Below are positions 62,157 to 64,000 of a DNA stretch of 64,000 nucleotides, piece after piece. The position numbers and the translations under genes were made by a program. The DNA is from Hydrolagus colliei (Eukaryota): the NCBI GenBank assembly GCA_035084275.1, contig CM068751.1, positions 7,502,001 to 7,566,000 on the forward strand. The letters run 5' to 3'. Every line of letters begins with the position of its first letter. Positions within the stretch are counted from its first letter, which is position 1. The notes under the pieces are model-generated. The model ran no database searches, had not been told where the DNA came from, and saw only the letters and a program-made list of their open reading frames with translations.

Positions 62157-62889
62157 TACAGTATACATATATAAATCTTAAATTTGCCCGAAGCTTGTAA
62201 CACCAGCCAAATGAAGGTCTTCCACTGACATGACAGAAGTCGGTTGTGCAATGCACCATGTTCAATGTTGCTGCCAGTGCAGTGAACAAAGAGTGAAGCC
62301 AGATCTGAGCACTAGGTGGTGTATTTGCTCAATCCTCTGCCTCTCAGATAGCCAACCTCTCTGGGATACAGCGCTAGGGTAATGAAGTAGTTTGGCTCCT
62401 GCAGATAAATAAATTGATTCCATAAGAATACTGAACCCAGGAATGCTTCATTTACTAGAGAGTATCAGCAGCAGGGGGTAATGGGAAGGTATTCTTTTGA
62501 GATTTGAGCTAAACTGAGGCACTCTGAGTTGTAGCATACCTGACTTATGAGTGTACAATACTGTATGACCTTTGGAAAGAATAAGTTCTTGTTTTTTTTA
62601 AAAAAAATTAGCTGCATTCTTCTTCATTTCATAGTGTTTTGTACATAGCTCTGAATTAGCCTAAACTTTGAAAGAAGATAAAACATCACAAAGGCAAGGT
62701 TGGTTCCTTGAGGATTTGTTGTTTGGTTTGGGTGATTTTTTTTTTAACAGGGATTCTTCATTGCCTTCATCCAGCATTACCAGCACAGAAGAAACTCTGA
62801 AATCAGACTTTATAATAACAGCTCAGATGGATCTCTGCATATACTCCCACATATTCCACCACTAGAGTAACAGACCTTCACAAGACGTT

Positions 62890-63115
62890 AGTAATAATAA
62901 TTATTATTATAATCCTTGCATTTGATATAGCGCTTTTCACGTCTTATCGACATCTCAAAGCACCTCTTAGAATATACTGTAAAGTGAATTAACTATATTT
63001 GTGGGTGAAACATTATAATAATAGTATAATCCTTGCATTTGAAATAGCAAATTATACCAATAATATAACAATAACATAATAATAATCCTTGCATTTGAAA
63101 TAGCACTTATCACAT
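62890..63115 (-). mobile_element. Three tandem SINE A tails
   Basis: aatccttgcatttga occurs three times (~62911, ~63027, ~63084) with different truncation lengths. Confidence 0.88.
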
Positions 63116-63199
63116 TGAAATATCAGAACTTGCTCCACCGCGGAGCTTCCTGTGCAGTGATAGTGACTGTGCGTTTTCAGATGAATCTGATCAGTAATA

Positions 63200-63360
63200 A
63201 TAGACATGGCAATGTCCCCACAAACTACCATAAGGGGAATTATTCCTTTTCACCTGAGGATTTATGGACCTGAGTTTTACATCTCCTCTGAAGGACAGCA
63301 CTGCCGACGATGCTGCGCTCCCCCAGCACTGACCTGGAGTGACAGCCTGGATTTATAACA
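63200..63360 (-). mobile_element. SINE family B fragment
   Basis: ctgaaggacagcactgccgacgatgctgcgctcccccagcactgacctggagtgacagcctggattt is the reverse of 56500-56570. Confidence 0.7.
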
Positions 63361-63668
63361 TTACCCAACCCCCAAAGACTTTACGAATGCCTCAACTTGT
63401 ATTGCAAGTAAACTCCCTGTGCTCTGTTCGATCAGATGGAATCTGAATGAATAAATAAGGGATTAAGTGGAGATTAATGACACAATCAAATGAAACACGT
63501 AGACAGTAATTTGCTAAATAAATTACAATCACCATTCATAATTCAAATGAACTCCTTGCCCAGAGGAATCTATTTCAGGATTATAAGATGGATCCACAGA
63601 AACAAGGGAAGAAAAGGAAAATGAATCCCTTAATATTTCTAAAAAGTACAGTACACCAGAGATCCTAA

Positions 63669-63846
63669 AAATAATAATAATAATCCTTCCATTTCATATT
63701 GCACCTTATCACATCTTCTGGATGTGTCAAAGCGCTTCACAGAATGTACTGTAAAGCGAATTGACAGCGTATTTTGTGAGCGAAACGCAGACCGCCAATT
63801 GCACTCAGCAGATCCCCACGAACAGTGGTAGATTGAGTGACCCAAT
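63669..63846 (-). mobile_element. SINE family A, 5'-truncated and diverged
   Basis: Reverse tail and core. Confidence 0.85.
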
Positions 63847-63904
63847 TAATTCTACAGAATTGAAATAGAGTAAAAATCGTTTGTATCTTCTGATGCTCCT
63901 GCTA

Positions 63905-64000
63905 ATGGCCTGGTGAATAAAGTGCCTTAGTGTGACACTGACTTACACAGACCAGAAGGTCACAGGTTCAGTTCCTGGTCTGTGCTGAGTTAACTAGGGC
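63905..64000 (+). mobile_element. Old SINE family C, 5' end (runs off the window)
   Basis: cagaccagaaggtcacaggttcagttcctggtctgtgctgagttaact. Confidence 0.6.

Noticed and set aside
1-64000. CRISPR array, operon or other prokaryotic or viral system; known miRNA, rRNA or snRNA genes
   Set aside because: Repeats are dispersed in both orientations with no repeat-spacer periodicity, there are no long ORFs, and only seed-length matches to miRNAs I recall

Overview
AT-rich vertebrate nuclear DNA with no operon-like content, CRISPR array or RNA gene. The repeat families (tRNA/Deu-type SINEs with L2 tails, shark-type CR1 3' ends) point to a cartilaginous fish, possibly a chimaera; this is inference. 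I could not recognise any conventional protein-coding exon, and nearly all listed ORFs are chance ORFs or SINE/LINE read-throughs, so the window looks like a very long intron or a gene desert. It holds about 25 copies of a young ~315-bp SINE (family A, (TTA)n tail), two older SINE families, many L2 and CR1 3' fragments, Tigger-like and mariner-like non-autonomous elements, several hairpins, and heavily decayed coding relics that resemble Sola2, Crypton, hAT and Penelope elements by eye. Repeat-free blocks rich in transcription-factor motifs may be conserved non-coding elements. The best non-repeat signal is a candidate 12-nt neural-type microexon at 3755-3766 (+). I found no convincing novel multi-gene system. 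All family assignments come from remembered motifs, with no database search, and repeat boundaries are approximate.
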